Shown here in pieces: positions 9,255-18,705 of a stretch of DNA of 64,000 nt (positions are counted from its first letter, which is position 1; the number at the start of each line of letters is the position of its first letter). The notes beneath the pieces are model-generated. The model saw only the letters and a list, made by a program, of their open reading frames with translations. It made no database searches and was not told where the DNA came from. This DNA comes from a virus. The DNA is taken from the IMG/VR virus record IMGVR_UViG_3300050581_000221; one strand, 5' to 3'. The position numbers and the translations under genes are program-made.

Positions 9255-10649
9255 ATGAACCGTTTGTACCTCAGCCAGCCTTTCACGGCTTGCTACGAGA
9301 ACCAACTGGACGCCTTCGTCCCCGCCCTGTGGGCGGACGAGGGCCTGCGCATGTTGGAGGCCAACCTGGTCATGGCCAACATGGTCCACCGGGACTTCCA
9401 GAATGACATTGCCAAGTTCGGCGATGTGGTCAACACCCGCCGGCCCGGCGAGTTCAAGATTCGCCGCAAGAAGGACGGCACCACCCTGGTGCAGCAGGAC
9501 GCCGTGGCCACCAACGTGCAGGTGCCGTTGGACCAGTGGTTCTACTCGTCCTTCGTCATCCGCGACGGGGAAGGCAGCAAGTCCTTCAAGGAGTTGAGCC
9601 AGATTTACCTCCAGCCGGCGATGAAGACCATCGCCGAGGGCGTCGACCGCGCCCTCTTGGGTCGGGTCCACGCCTACATGGGCGCCCCGGCCAACCGCGT
9701 GGGCAAGCTCGGCGGGCTGACCCCCAGCACCGCCAAGGACCATGTGCTGGACGCCCGTGAGAAGCTCAATATCGCCAAGGCCCCGGTGGACGGCCGCAAG
9801 TTGGTCATGGCCCCCACCAGCGAGACGGCCATGCTCAAGACCGACCTGTTCGTCAAGGCCAACGAGCGCGGCGACGGCGGCTCGGCGCTGGAGAGCGCCA
9901 TCCTCGGCCGCATCCTCGGCTTCGACACCTACATGGACCAGAACGTCAACTGCGTCCTGTCGGGGTCGGACACCGACAGCGATCCGGTCACGGAGCCGTA
10001 TGCGGCGGGCGCGACGGGCGACCTGGCTTGTGTCTTGAACCCCACGGTCGGCGAGTTCGTGAACGTCGCCGGTAACGACCAGCCCACCTGGGCAGTGACG
10101 GGTTCAGACGCGGATGCCATCGTCCTCAACGAGCCGCTCAAGTACGCCACCGAGGACAACGCGGTGGCCACCCGCTGGGTGAAGTGCGTGACGGCCGCCG
10201 CCTATGCGGCCGGCTACAGCGAGGGCATCGCCCTGACCGTGACCGAGGGGAAAGCCCCGCAGGTCGGCCAGTTGCTCGCCTTCGGCACGACCCCCGGCAC
10301 CCGGCACACCTACACGGTGATCGAGTCCGAGGGGAGCGGCACCTCCTGCACCGTGTACCTGGATCGGCCGCTGGTGGCCGCGGTGGGCAACGGTGCCGAT
10401 GCGTTCCCCGGCCCCTACGGAGCGATGAACCTGGCGTTCCACCCGGACGCCCTGGCCCTTGTGACCCGGCCGCTGGCCCTGCCGGACACCCGTGCGGGCG
10501 TGATGGCCGGACATGCCGCCTACAACGGCATCACCATGCGGGTCCTGGCCCAGTACGACATCAACGCGGGCGGCCTGATCGTCAACTGCGACATCCTCGC
10601 GGGCGTGGCGGTCTTGAACAGCAGCCTGTTGGTCCCCGTGCTCGGCTAA
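9255..10649 (+). CDS. Putative major capsid protein
   Basis: 464 aa; RBS GGAGAG; follows the scaffold gene; a hairpin plus T-tract lies immediately downstream; start chosen at ATG 9255 rather than track 9189. Confidence 0.55.
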   Translation: MNRLYLSQPFTACYENQLDAFVPALWADEGLRMLEANLVMANMVHRDFQNDIAKFGDVVNTRRPGEFKIRRKKDGTTLVQQDAVATNVQVPLDQWFYSSFVIRDGEGSKSFKELSQIYLQPAMKTIAEGVDRALLGRVHAYMGAPANRVGKLGGLTPSTAKDHVLDAREKLNIAKAPVDGRKLVMAPTSETAMLKTDLFVKANERGDGGSALESAILGRILGFDTYMDQNVNCVLSGSDTDSDPVTEPYAAGATGDLACVLNPTVGEFVNVAGNDQPTWAVTGSDADAIVLNEPLKYATEDNAVATRWVKCVTAAAYAAGYSEGIALTVTEGKAPQVGQLLAFGTTPGTRHTYTVIESEGSGTSCTVYLDRPLVAAVGNGADAFPGPYGAMNLAFHPDALALVTRPLALPDTRAGVMAGHAAYNGITMRVLAQYDINAGGLIVNCDILAGVAVLNSSLLVPVLG

Positions 10650-10668
10650 TCCTGTGAGCGAGCTGGTC

Positions 10669-10710
10669 GCCCGTCCGAGCCGAACGCTCGGGCGGGCGGC
10701 CTTTCTATCG
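10669..10710 (+). terminator. Rho-independent terminator-like hairpin after the capsid gene
   Basis: gcccgtccgagc/gctcgggcgggc stem followed by cctttctatcg. Confidence 0.4.
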
Positions 10711-10741
10711 TCAACTGCCTCCGGGCGGACGGAGATGCGTC

Positions 10742-10996
10742 ATGGATTTTCTACTCTTCGCCCAAGCCGATACGTTTGCTGACGCCGTTTCCGTACTCAA
10801 GCAGTACGGACCGTTGGTCCTGGTCGTGGCCTTCCTTCTCTGGCAAGGCTGGGTCCGGGAGTGTCGCATGAACAAACGGATCGTGAAGCTCGAAGACGAG
10901 CAGCGCAACGTCCTCATGCCGCTCGTCGAAAGGTGTGCCGACGTGATCGCCCAGAACACCTTGATGATGGAGCGGCTGGAAAAGGCCCTTGAGTAA
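10742..10996 (+). CDS. Small membrane protein (84 aa)
   Basis: RBS GGAGATG; one TM segment LVLVVAFLLWQGW. Confidence 0.35.
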   Translation: MDFLLFAQADTFADAVSVLKQYGPLVLVVAFLLWQGWVRECRMNKRIVKLEDEQRNVLMPLVERCADVIAQNTLMMERLEKALE

Positions 10997-11008
10997 GTCG
11001 CAACGCCG

Positions 11009-11521
11009 ATGACCTATCCTGCCAACTGTGGATTGAACCAGCAGATTCGGCGCGTCTTGTATGCGCTGAAACGTCAGTACGGCGGCAGCATCGTTGTCTA
11101 TCAGAACGGCGTGGTGACTACGGATACGAAGACCGGCGAAGTGGCCCGGACGAAGACGGCGACCCGGATTCACCGGGCCATCGTCCTGCCCGTGACGGTA
11201 AACCGCGAAGTGAAGCAGTCGATTTCGCTGATCTCCGCGAACAAGCAGATGGTCACGGGCGGCGGCTTCGAGTCGGGCAAGCGGCTGTTCATCATCGAGC
11301 GCCGCGACTGCCCGAACCTCGTGCTGCACAAGACGGATTGGCTGGCCTACAACGGCCGCAGGTACGCCATTGAGAACTATGAAGAGTACGAGTTCGATGC
11401 GGCGTACATCATCACCGGCAAGGAGTTGCCGGGCGAGGGACTGGGCGTGGCCGGGTCGATAGTCGATCCCTCGGCCGGCGACGTGCTGGCCTTGGCTTCG
11501 CAGGCTGGAGCGGAGACCTAA
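11009..11521 (+). CDS. Hypothetical neck/head-completion protein
   Basis: ORF in the head-tail joining region; coding GC3 bias. Confidence 0.4.
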   Translation: MTYPANCGLNQQIRRVLYALKRQYGGSIVVYQNGVVTTDTKTGEVARTKTATRIHRAIVLPVTVNREVKQSISLISANKQMVTGGGFESGKRLFIIERRDCPNLVLHKTDWLAYNGRRYAIENYEEYEFDAAYIITGKELPGEGLGVAGSIVDPSAGDVLALASQAGAET

Positions 11522-11524
11522 GCC

Positions 11525-12019
11525 ATGCCCGCCAATCCGAACTGGGCGCGCTGGGTGTTCGCATCCGTAGCCACCTTCTTGAAGCAAGTGGCCCAAAGCC
11601 AGCAGCTTCCCGTTCTGGTTGAAGGTTTGGACGACCGGACCACGGAGTTCATGGAAGCCTCGGATCGGTGCGAAATCCGCATCACGGGACCGTTCACGAA
11701 GGAACTGAGCCACAAATACTTCCAGATCGAAGTCGTGGTGAACGTGCTGTTCCTCAGCCGCTACGAGGAGCAGAAGAACCAGTACGCCATCATGCAAAAG
11801 ATGGGCGTGTTCCATGAGGCAATGGACGGAGCCATCGCCGTCCACAAGTACGGAAACCAGGCCGGAGACGACGAACACGCACTGGTCGGCTGCCTCTCAC
11901 CGCTCCAAGGCCGCAGCGACGCCATCCGCGTCATGCACTTTGGGCAGATTACTCCGACCGACCGGATCAAGCAGTCGATGGTAGACGCTCGCTACCGGAT
12001 GGAGACTTCCACCAACTAA
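11525..12019 (+). CDS. Hypothetical neck/tail-completion protein
   Basis: Tightly packed with neighbouring genes; position. Confidence 0.4.
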   Translation: MPANPNWARWVFASVATFLKQVAQSQQLPVLVEGLDDRTTEFMEASDRCEIRITGPFTKELSHKYFQIEVVVNVLFLSRYEEQKNQYAIMQKMGVFHEAMDGAIAVHKYGNQAGDDEHALVGCLSPLQGRSDAIRVMHFGQITPTDRIKQSMVDARYRMETSTN

Positions 12020-12037
12020 TGACAGGAGAACCCGAAT

Positions 12038-12787
12038 ATGGCACGCATTGAGCTTCGCGACTGCGATGTCATTCTGCAAGACGGCCTCAGCGGCACGGCG
12101 GCGGTGAACGAACCCGTCACCCCACCCGCTGCGACCGACACCAGCTTTGCCATCGACACCGTGGCCCTGAACACGGCTGACACCGATAAGGTGCCCGTGG
12201 GGGCGCGTTTCAAAATCGCGGGCGAGACGGATCAAGTGTTCCACACCGTCACGGCCCGCACCCCGGCCGACGCCGGCCCGACGACCGAGATTACGTTTTC
12301 GCCGGCCCTCGGGGCGGGCACCTATGCCGATGGCGCGGTGGTGACGTTCTATCCCCAGAACCTCGACATCAAGATCGGGGAAGGGAACCTCACCTACACC
12401 GAGCACAACGAGTACGAGTACCTCAAGGACCGGGGGAATCTCGACACCGTGAAGGAAGGCGACGAAGTGCCGATGGACGTGAAGCTGGAGGCCGTCTTCG
12501 AGCACATCACCCAGGGCACCGGCGAGCCAGTCAGTCCGATGGACGCCATCAAGGGCGTCGGCGGCGCGGCCGAGTGGGTGAGCGCTTCGAGCGACCTCTG
12601 CGAGCCGTACTGCGTGGACGTGGTGGTCCTTCACACGCCGCCCTGCGGCACCTCTGAGCTTGAGCGAGTCACCTTCCCCGACTTCCGCTCGGAGACCCGC
12701 GAGATCAACTACAAGGAATCCACCATCTCGATTACGGGCAAGTGCAAGGCGACCGAGCCCATTATCGAACGCGAGTCGGCCTCGTAG
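12038..12787 (+). CDS. Putative major tail (tube) protein
   Basis: 249-aa acidic protein upstream of the chaperone and tape measure; followed by a cluster of three hairpins with pyrimidine tracts. Confidence 0.45.
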   Translation: MARIELRDCDVILQDGLSGTAAVNEPVTPPAATDTSFAIDTVALNTADTDKVPVGARFKIAGETDQVFHTVTARTPADAGPTTEITFSPALGAGTYADGAVVTFYPQNLDIKIGEGNLTYTEHNEYEYLKDRGNLDTVKEGDEVPMDVKLEAVFEHITQGTGEPVSPMDAIKGVGGAAEWVSASSDLCEPYCVDVVVLHTPPCGTSELERVTFPDFRSETREINYKESTISITGKCKATEPIIERESAS

Positions 12788-12797
12788 TGACGACTCC

Positions 12798-12888
12798 CCG
12801 GCCCTCGAAGGCCGGTTTCTCTGGTCTACATGACCAGATATGCGGTGCCGGCAACCGGTGCCGGCACCGCCTCTGTCTCTTTCCTTTC
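12798..12888 (+). terminator. Cluster of three hairpins with T/pyrimidine tracts downstream of the putative major tail gene
   Basis: ccggccctcgaaggccgg+tttctct (12798-12822); tctggtc-tacat-gaccaga (12819-12838); ggtgccggc-aaccggt-gccggcacc+gcctctgtctctttcctttc (12844-12888). Confidence 0.4.
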
Positions 12889-12909
12889 AGCGAGCGAGGG
12901 AACCAATCC

Positions 12910-13437
12910 ATGAAGATTGCCGGCGTTGACCCCAAGACACTCTCCAACGAGGTGCTGCTCGTTCTGCCGCGCGGCGAGAGCGAGATCATCTTCCGCGCCA
13001 AGGGCCTGCCTGACATGACGGAGTTCGAGGCCGTGTGCCCGAACCCCAAACCGCCGGGCAAGTTCACGAAGGATGGCTGGATTCCGAACCTCAACGACCC
13101 CACCTACCAGCAAATCCTCGGCGAGTGGGCCAAGAAGCGGCTGGGCTACATGGTCGTCAAGTCGTTGGCTCCGACCGAAATCGAATGGGATACCGTCAAG
13201 GAGAGCGATCCCCGCACCTGGTCCAAGTGGGAGGAAGACCTGAAAAGCGCCGGCCTGACCCAGGTAGAGTGCAACCGCGTGCTGGCCCTGGTCCTGGAGG
13301 CGAACGCCTTGGACGACGCCAAGCTGCAACGGGCGCGCGAGTCTTTTCTGCGTGGTCAGGAACCGATGCCCGCCGAGTTCTCTTCGCCCCATACCGCACC
13401 GCCGAGTTCGCCGTCTGGCGAGCCTGCGAACGGTTAG
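12910..13437 (+). CDS. Putative tail assembly chaperone (gpG-like)
   Basis: RBS GAGGGA; 175 aa; located between the major tail and tape measure genes. Confidence 0.4.
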   Translation: MKIAGVDPKTLSNEVLLVLPRGESEIIFRAKGLPDMTEFEAVCPNPKPPGKFTKDGWIPNLNDPTYQQILGEWAKKRLGYMVVKSLAPTEIEWDTVKESDPRTWSKWEEDLKSAGLTQVECNRVLALVLEANALDDAKLQRARESFLRGQEPMPAEFSSPHTAPPSSPSGEPANG

Positions 13438-13613
13438 GCATCCGGCCGCCGGGCGTCAAGCTCTCCTGGGACGAGTGTGGCGTTGAGACACAAGCTCTGA
13501 TCGTCGCCTTCGACCAACTGCGGAGTTACGACGAAGCGGAGCGGGAAGCTCAACTGGCTGGGGCACGGATGCCCTTCACGGCAGCCCGGCCAGCGAAGGG
13601 AGACGGTTCCTGA
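13035..13613 (+). other. Alternative-frame ORF (-1 relative to the chaperone) running through the chaperone stop to 2 nt before the next gene; candidate programmed-frameshift (GT-like) extension
   Basis: The -1 frame stays open from within the chaperone gene to 13613 and the next gene starts at 13616; the 13438-13613 stretch otherwise has no start codon; no canonical XXXYYYZ slippery heptamer was found. Confidence 0.25.
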
Positions 13614-13615
13614 CC

Positions 13616-14149
13616 ATGAAGTTCACGGCCCAATTCTCCATCCCGCGAATCGACGTGGCGGCCTACCGCAATGCCCTGGACAACCACATGAAGGCGGCGA
13701 TCGCCCAGGGCCTCATGGAGTGGCTGGAGGCGGTCCTGGCGGAGATTCCGGTGTGGAGCGGGGCATCGCGGGCGACGTTCGTGAAGCTGGCCCAGCAGAT
13801 CGGCTACAACTTGCCTGTCGCCCCGGCCGCGGTGGAAGCCGCACACGGTCTGTTCACCGAGCGGATGGACCGCACATGGATGGGGATGGCCCAGAGCGAC
13901 GGCAAGCTGACGGCGGACAAGGAGAGCGGCGAGTACACGTTCACTTACACGACGACACTGCCGTGGCTGATCTGGAACGAGTACCACAACGCCAACGTCG
14001 AGCCGGACCCGACCCTTTTCTACCGCCTGATTGAACCTGGCCCCTACAACTTCCAAGTCACGGGTGCCAGGGCCTTCCTGCGGTTCGCAGAGACCGTGGA
14101 CCTTCCCAAAGTCAAGCCTCACATGCGCGTGGTGCGAGTGAAGTCCTAG
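13616..14149 (+). CDS. Hypothetical tail protein (177 aa)
   Basis: ORF immediately upstream of the tape measure gene. Confidence 0.4.
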   Translation: MKFTAQFSIPRIDVAAYRNALDNHMKAAIAQGLMEWLEAVLAEIPVWSGASRATFVKLAQQIGYNLPVAPAAVEAAHGLFTERMDRTWMGMAQSDGKLTADKESGEYTFTYTTTLPWLIWNEYHNANVEPDPTLFYRLIEPGPYNFQVTGARAFLRFAETVDLPKVKPHMRVVRVKS

Positions 14150-14161
14150 CAAGGTGCCGCA

Positions 14162-17100
14162 ATGGCCGATGAAACCATCGTCAATAGACTCGGCTTCAGC
14201 GTCGAAGACGCCTTGCGCGAGCTTCAGCGATTGGACTCCGCGCTGCAATCCTCGGGCACCGCCTTCCAGACGTTCGGCGAGCGGATCAACGCTTGGAACA
14301 GCCAGTCGGACGCCGCGCTCTCGCGGATGAAGGACATGGCCTCAGCCGCCTCGCGGCTGGCCAACTCGATGGCCAAGATGGGCAACGGCGCGGCCACGCC
14401 TGCCGCGCCTGCTGCCGCTGCGCCGGCGTCGAAGCTCTGGCTGCCCTCTGACGTGAGCGAGGAGATTCAGAAGGCCAACCAAAACATGACGAATCTCGGC
14501 GACACGGCAACCCGCGCCGGGGAGAAGATGCGTCAGGCCGGCGAGCACGGCAAGAAGGCAGGCCACGATGCTGGTGAGGCCGCGAAGAAAGCCCACGAGC
14601 ATACTAAGGATTGGACTGTCACCTGGGAGACCCTGACGCGGGTGGTGATGACCCAGGCCATCGTCCGCGCCTTGAGCCAAATCCGCGATCTGCTGCGCGA
14701 GTCGGTGGACGAGGCCCTGAAGTTCTCCACGAAAATCTCGGAAATCCAGACCATTGCCCCGAGGATCGACCGGAACTTCCAAGGGCTGAGCAAAGAAATC
14801 GCCAATATGGCGCGGGAGTTCAACTTCCCGCTGCCGGACGTGGCCGAGGCGACCTACCAGACGATCTCCGACCAGTTCACCACGGCCGCCCAACGCGCAG
14901 ACATCATGACGGCCGCCGCCAAGCTGGCCAGGGTCGGCGTGATGGACCTGAACGAGGCGGCCCAACTCTTGACGGGCACGCTCAACGCCTATGGCATGGC
15001 GTCCAGCCAGGCCGACATCGTGGCGGCCAAGTTCTTCCAGACCGTCAACTTGGGCCGCGTTCGCGGTGCCGAGTTGACGCCGATCATCGGCCGCATCGTG
15101 CCGATCGCCAATGAACTGGGCGTCAGCCTGGATGAAGTCAACTCCTCGATGGCCGCCTTGACCATCAGCTCGATGAAGCCCGCCGAGGCGGCCACCGCCT
15201 TCCGCTCCGCTCTGTCGGCCCTGATCAAGCCGTCCGAGCAGATGCAGAAGGAGATGGCCGCCTTGGGCTACGCCACGCCGCAACTGGCAGTCAAGGCTGA
15301 GGGCCTTCAAGGCATCTTCCTCAAGCTGAAGGACACGACGGACGAGAACGTGGCGGCGATGGCCAAGCTGTTCCTCAACATTCGTGGCCTCAATGCGGAA
15401 GCGCGTTTGACCGGCGAAGGCGCGGAGAAGGTCGCCGAGGCCATGAAGGCGATGACCGACCCGAATCTCACGGACAGCTTCAACGAAATGGTCAAGGTGT
15501 TCACCTCGACCGACGCCCAGCAATACACGAAGGAGTTGAACAAGTTCCAGGTCACGCTGGCGACCGAAGTGGGGCCGGAACTGGTCAAGTTCCTCAAGAC
15601 CTTGCTCGACGCGGCGGGCGGGGCGGACGGGCTGGCCTCTGCGATCAAGAGCATCGCCACCTCCTTAACGAGCCTGGCCGAGCTGCTTGCCCCGGTCGGC
15701 GGGTTGCTGGCGTTGTTCTCGCTTCGCGGCAAGCTGGCGGGCATGGCCGGCTTCAAAGGCGTTGTTTTCAACAACGTGGTCGCGCCGCTGACAATGGCGG
15801 CGTGGACCGTGGATTACTTGGACTCGCAGATGGCGTCGATGCTCGACAACGCTAATGCGAAGTTCCGCAAGGACGTAGAGGAGATCGTGGCAGCCCAGAA
15901 GAAGGCCGCCCAAACGCGGCTGGACGCCGAGATGAAAGTCTATGACGAAGCCGGCCGCCGCCTTGCGCAATACGCAGCCGAGGTGCGGAGGGCGCTCAAC
16001 GTTCAGGTGGAGCAAACGCGGAAGGCCAATGAAGAGTTGGTCGTGTCGTCGCGGACCACGATGCAGGCGATGATTACGGCGCGCGAAAAGGTCGTGCAGC
16101 AGTTCCGCGCGGCCGCCCAGGATGCCAACAAGGCGGCCGAAGACTCCATGAAGCGTCAGGCGGATGCGCAGGCCAAGCTGGACGATCTGCTCTTCAAGCG
16201 ACGGCTCGAAGAGCGGCAGAAGTACGACGACTACTTCAAGAAGCCCGAAGTCACGTCGGATATGTACGGCCGGCGTGCGCTGGAATTGGCGCAGCAGGCG
16301 GCAAGCCTCCTGGCGAAGGCCGAGACCCCGGACCAGGAGCGAACGGCCCAGGCAATCTTCCAGCGGGCGGCGGCCTACGCCCAGGAAGCGGAGCAAATCG
16401 CCAAGGGGACGGAGAACGAGTGGCTGCGGAAGCGTGCCGCCGACACTGTGGAAGACATCATCCGCAAGCAGATCGCCGCCGAAAAGGAGCTTCAGGCCAA
16501 TAGCGCCCAACGCGCTTCGGCGGCAGCCCGAGCGGCGGCCCACGAGCAAGAGCGCGTGGACCGGATGAAGGTCTTGATGAAGGGAATCCTGGAAGACCTG
16601 GACCTGTTCGACAAGAAAGGCCAGAAGGAACCCAAGGTGACGGCCGCCTTGTCGGAAGACCTGAAGGTCAAGATGGCGGAGTTCAAGAAGCAGTGGATGG
16701 AAGGCACTGCCAACCTCAACCTGGACGAGGCGTTGAAGTTTGACGATCTGCAACGGCGGGTCAAGACGGCCTTGGAGGGCGGCGTCTCGGAAGCGGAGGT
16801 CCAGAAGCTCTTTGCCGCCCCGAAGACGATTGATGATTTCCGTGCCCAGATCGAAGCCGGCTTGAACAAGAAGGCGGTGGACATTGCCATTTTGATGCCG
16901 GTGGCCTCGCCCGAGCTGGCCAAAAAACTGTTGGCGGAGATGCCCTTGCCCGACCGGGATAAGTACATCCAACAACAGAACACGGCCTACGAGAAGCAGT
17001 CGGAACTGGTCAAGAAGCTCGAAGGCGAGCAGCAGACCTTGACCGATGGCACGACTCGGCAGAAGGCGGCCGTGGGCAGCCTCGCCGCAAACATGGAAAT

Positions 17101-17977
17101 CTACCAGAAGGGTCTGGAAGGTCTGCCTTTCTGGATGAACGCGGCGGCCAAGGCCAAGGGTGCGATCCTCGGTGGCGGGGACATCCAGAAGGAAACGAAG
17201 GCCCTGGCCGACCTGATTGCGCAGTTCCGGCAGTTATCCCAGACCGGTGGCAAAGGCTTTGGGCTAACGGAATACGAGGAGTTGCAGAAGAAGGCCACGG
17301 CCGTGCTCGCCAGTCCCACCACGACTGGATGGGACCAGAGTTTCATCACGAACCAGATGGCCAACTTGAAGTTTCTGGCCGAGCAAGCGGAGGCGATGAA
17401 GAAGTTGCAGACGCCGCAAGGCCAGCCCCGCGACCTAGAGGCGGAGTTGCTGAAGGCCCGGCAGGAGGCCGAACGCCTCAGGGAATTGATCGACAAGCTG
17501 AGGCCACAAGCGGCGACCGAGATGGGGCAAGGCGCGCAGGCGGCCCAAAACGCCTTGAGCGCGATCCCAAGCATGGCGGGCCTGGCCGGCGACATCCAAG
17601 AGGCGGCCACGGCCATGTGGGACTTGGCCGCCGCTTCGTGGAGTGTCCAGTCCCCGCCGCCCATCACCGCCGCCAAGGGCCGGACGGTGTGGAACTTCCT
17701 GGCCTTCGGCGGCCCGGCCCAGGGCACGGACGTAATACCGGCGATGCTCTCGCCGGGCGAGGTGGTCATCAACGCCGCCTCGGCACGGCGGTTCGCCGCG
17801 CAACTGACCGCCATCAATGCCGGCGTTCAGCCGGTCTACCGCAGCGAGGGCGGCAGCGTCACCAACATCGGTGACATCAACGTGAACGTAACCGGCGGCG
17901 GAACTAGCCGCCAGACGGCTAGGGAAATCGCCGCTGAGATTCGACGCGAATTGCGGCGCGGCACGGCGACCCTGTAA
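14162..17977 (+). CDS. Tail tape measure protein (TP901-family core)
   Basis: 1271 aa; long coiled-coil; core region KFSTKISEIQTIAPRIDRNF...EIANMAREFNFPLPDVAEATYQTIS typical of the TP901-type tape measure domain; C-terminal MLSPGEVVINAASARRFAAQL. Confidence 0.8.
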   Translation: MADETIVNRLGFSVEDALRELQRLDSALQSSGTAFQTFGERINAWNSQSDAALSRMKDMASAASRLANSMAKMGNGAATPAAPAAAAPASKLWLPSDVSEEIQKANQNMTNLGDTATRAGEKMRQAGEHGKKAGHDAGEAAKKAHEHTKDWTVTWETLTRVVMTQAIVRALSQIRDLLRESVDEALKFSTKISEIQTIAPRIDRNFQGLSKEIANMAREFNFPLPDVAEATYQTISDQFTTAAQRADIMTAAAKLARVGVMDLNEAAQLLTGTLNAYGMASSQADIVAAKFFQTVNLGRVRGAELTPIIGRIVPIANELGVSLDEVNSSMAALTISSMKPAEAATAFRSALSALIKPSEQMQKEMAALGYATPQLAVKAEGLQGIFLKLKDTTDENVAAMAKLFLNIRGLNAEARLTGEGAEKVAEAMKAMTDPNLTDSFNEMVKVFTSTDAQQYTKELNKFQVTLATEVGPELVKFLKTLLDAAGGADGLASAIKSIATSLTSLAELLAPVGGLLALFSLRGKLAGMAGFKGVVFNNVVAPLTMAAWTVDYLDSQMASMLDNANAKFRKDVEEIVAAQKKAAQTRLDAEMKVYDEAGRRLAQYAAEVRRALNVQVEQTRKANEELVVSSRTTMQAMITAREKVVQQFRAAAQDANKAAEDSMKRQADAQAKLDDLLFKRRLEERQKYDDYFKKPEVTSDMYGRRALELAQQAASLLAKAETPDQERTAQAIFQRAAAYAQEAEQIAKGTENEWLRKRAADTVEDIIRKQIAAEKELQANSAQRASAAARAAAHEQERVDRMKVLMKGILEDLDLFDKKGQKEPKVTAALSEDLKVKMAEFKKQWMEGTANLNLDEALKFDDLQRRVKTALEGGVSEAEVQKLFAAPKTIDDFRAQIEAGLNKKAVDIAILMPVASPELAKKLLAEMPLPDRDKYIQQQNTAYEKQSELVKKLEGEQQTLTDGTTRQKAAVGSLAANMEIYQKGLEGLPFWMNAAAKAKGAILGGGDIQKETKALADLIAQFRQLSQTGGKGFGLTEYEELQKKATAVLASPTTTGWDQSFITNQMANLKFLAEQAEAMKKLQTPQGQPRDLEAELLKARQEAERLRELIDKLRPQAATEMGQGAQAAQNALSAIPSMAGLAGDIQEAATAMWDLAAASWSVQSPPPITAAKGRTVWNFLAFGGPAQGTDVIPAMLSPGEVVINAASARRFAAQLTAINAGVQPVYRSEGGSVTNIGDINVNVTGGGTSRQTAREIAAEIRRELRRGTATL

Positions 17978-18006
17978 CCCCTTTTGTGAAGCAGAGAGGA
18001 AAACCC

Positions 18007-18615
18007 ATGAGCGTCAGTCGAATGAGTGTTGGGCAGAACGCGGGTTGCAGCATGGTCCGCGCCCGCAAGGCCGAAGATCAACTCCAGGCGCGAGGCCGGT
18101 TCGTGGTCGAACATTTTCGCAAAGGCGAGAAGATCGGCCATTACGAGTTCCCCAACGGGATCACCAACGAGGGCAAGAACAAGCTCTTGGACGTGATGTT
18201 CCACGCCCAGTCGGCCATCACGACCTGGTGGCTGGGCCTGATCGACAACAGCGGCTATAGCGCGCTGGCCGCCGGAGATACCTACGCCAACATCAATCAG
18301 GCCGGCAACGGCTGGGATGAGTTCACCGACTACACCGACGCCGGCAACGGCGGCAGCGCCAGCACCCGGCCCGAGTGGACGGAAGGCGCAGCGTCCGGCC
18401 AGGCGATCACCAACGGCAGTCCGGTGGTCTTCGACATCACCGACAGTGGAACGGTCAAGGGCTTATTCCTGGTGGGCGGGGCAGCCAACGCCCAGAACAA
18501 GGGCGACTACCAGGCGGCCGGGGCTGTGCTGTGGGCCACGGCCCTGTTCGGCACAGGCGACGTGCCGGTCAATGCCCAGGACCAGTTGAAGGTGACCTAC
18601 ACCGTCAGCGCGTAA
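18007..18615 (+). CDS. Hypothetical tail protein (203 aa)
   Basis: RBS AGAGAGGAAAA; follows the tape measure; terminator-like hairpin downstream. Confidence 0.4.
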   Translation: MSVSRMSVGQNAGCSMVRARKAEDQLQARGRFVVEHFRKGEKIGHYEFPNGITNEGKNKLLDVMFHAQSAITTWWLGLIDNSGYSALAAGDTYANINQAGNGWDEFTDYTDAGNGGSASTRPEWTEGAASGQAITNGSPVVFDITDSGTVKGLFLVGGAANAQNKGDYQAAGAVLWATALFGTGDVPVNAQDQLKVTYTVSA

Positions 18616-18634
18616 TCGGAGACTCCCTCGCCAC

Positions 18635-18690
18635 AGGTCGGGCGGGGTCTTCTACCAGGAAGTCCCGCCCGGCCTTTCTTTCCCTTCCTT
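18635..18690 (+). terminator. Rho-independent terminator-like hairpin
   Basis: ggtcgggcggggtcttc-taccag-gaagtcccgcccggcc followed by tttctttcccttcctt. Confidence 0.4.
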
Positions 18691-18705
18691 CGCTGAGGAA
18701 TCGCG

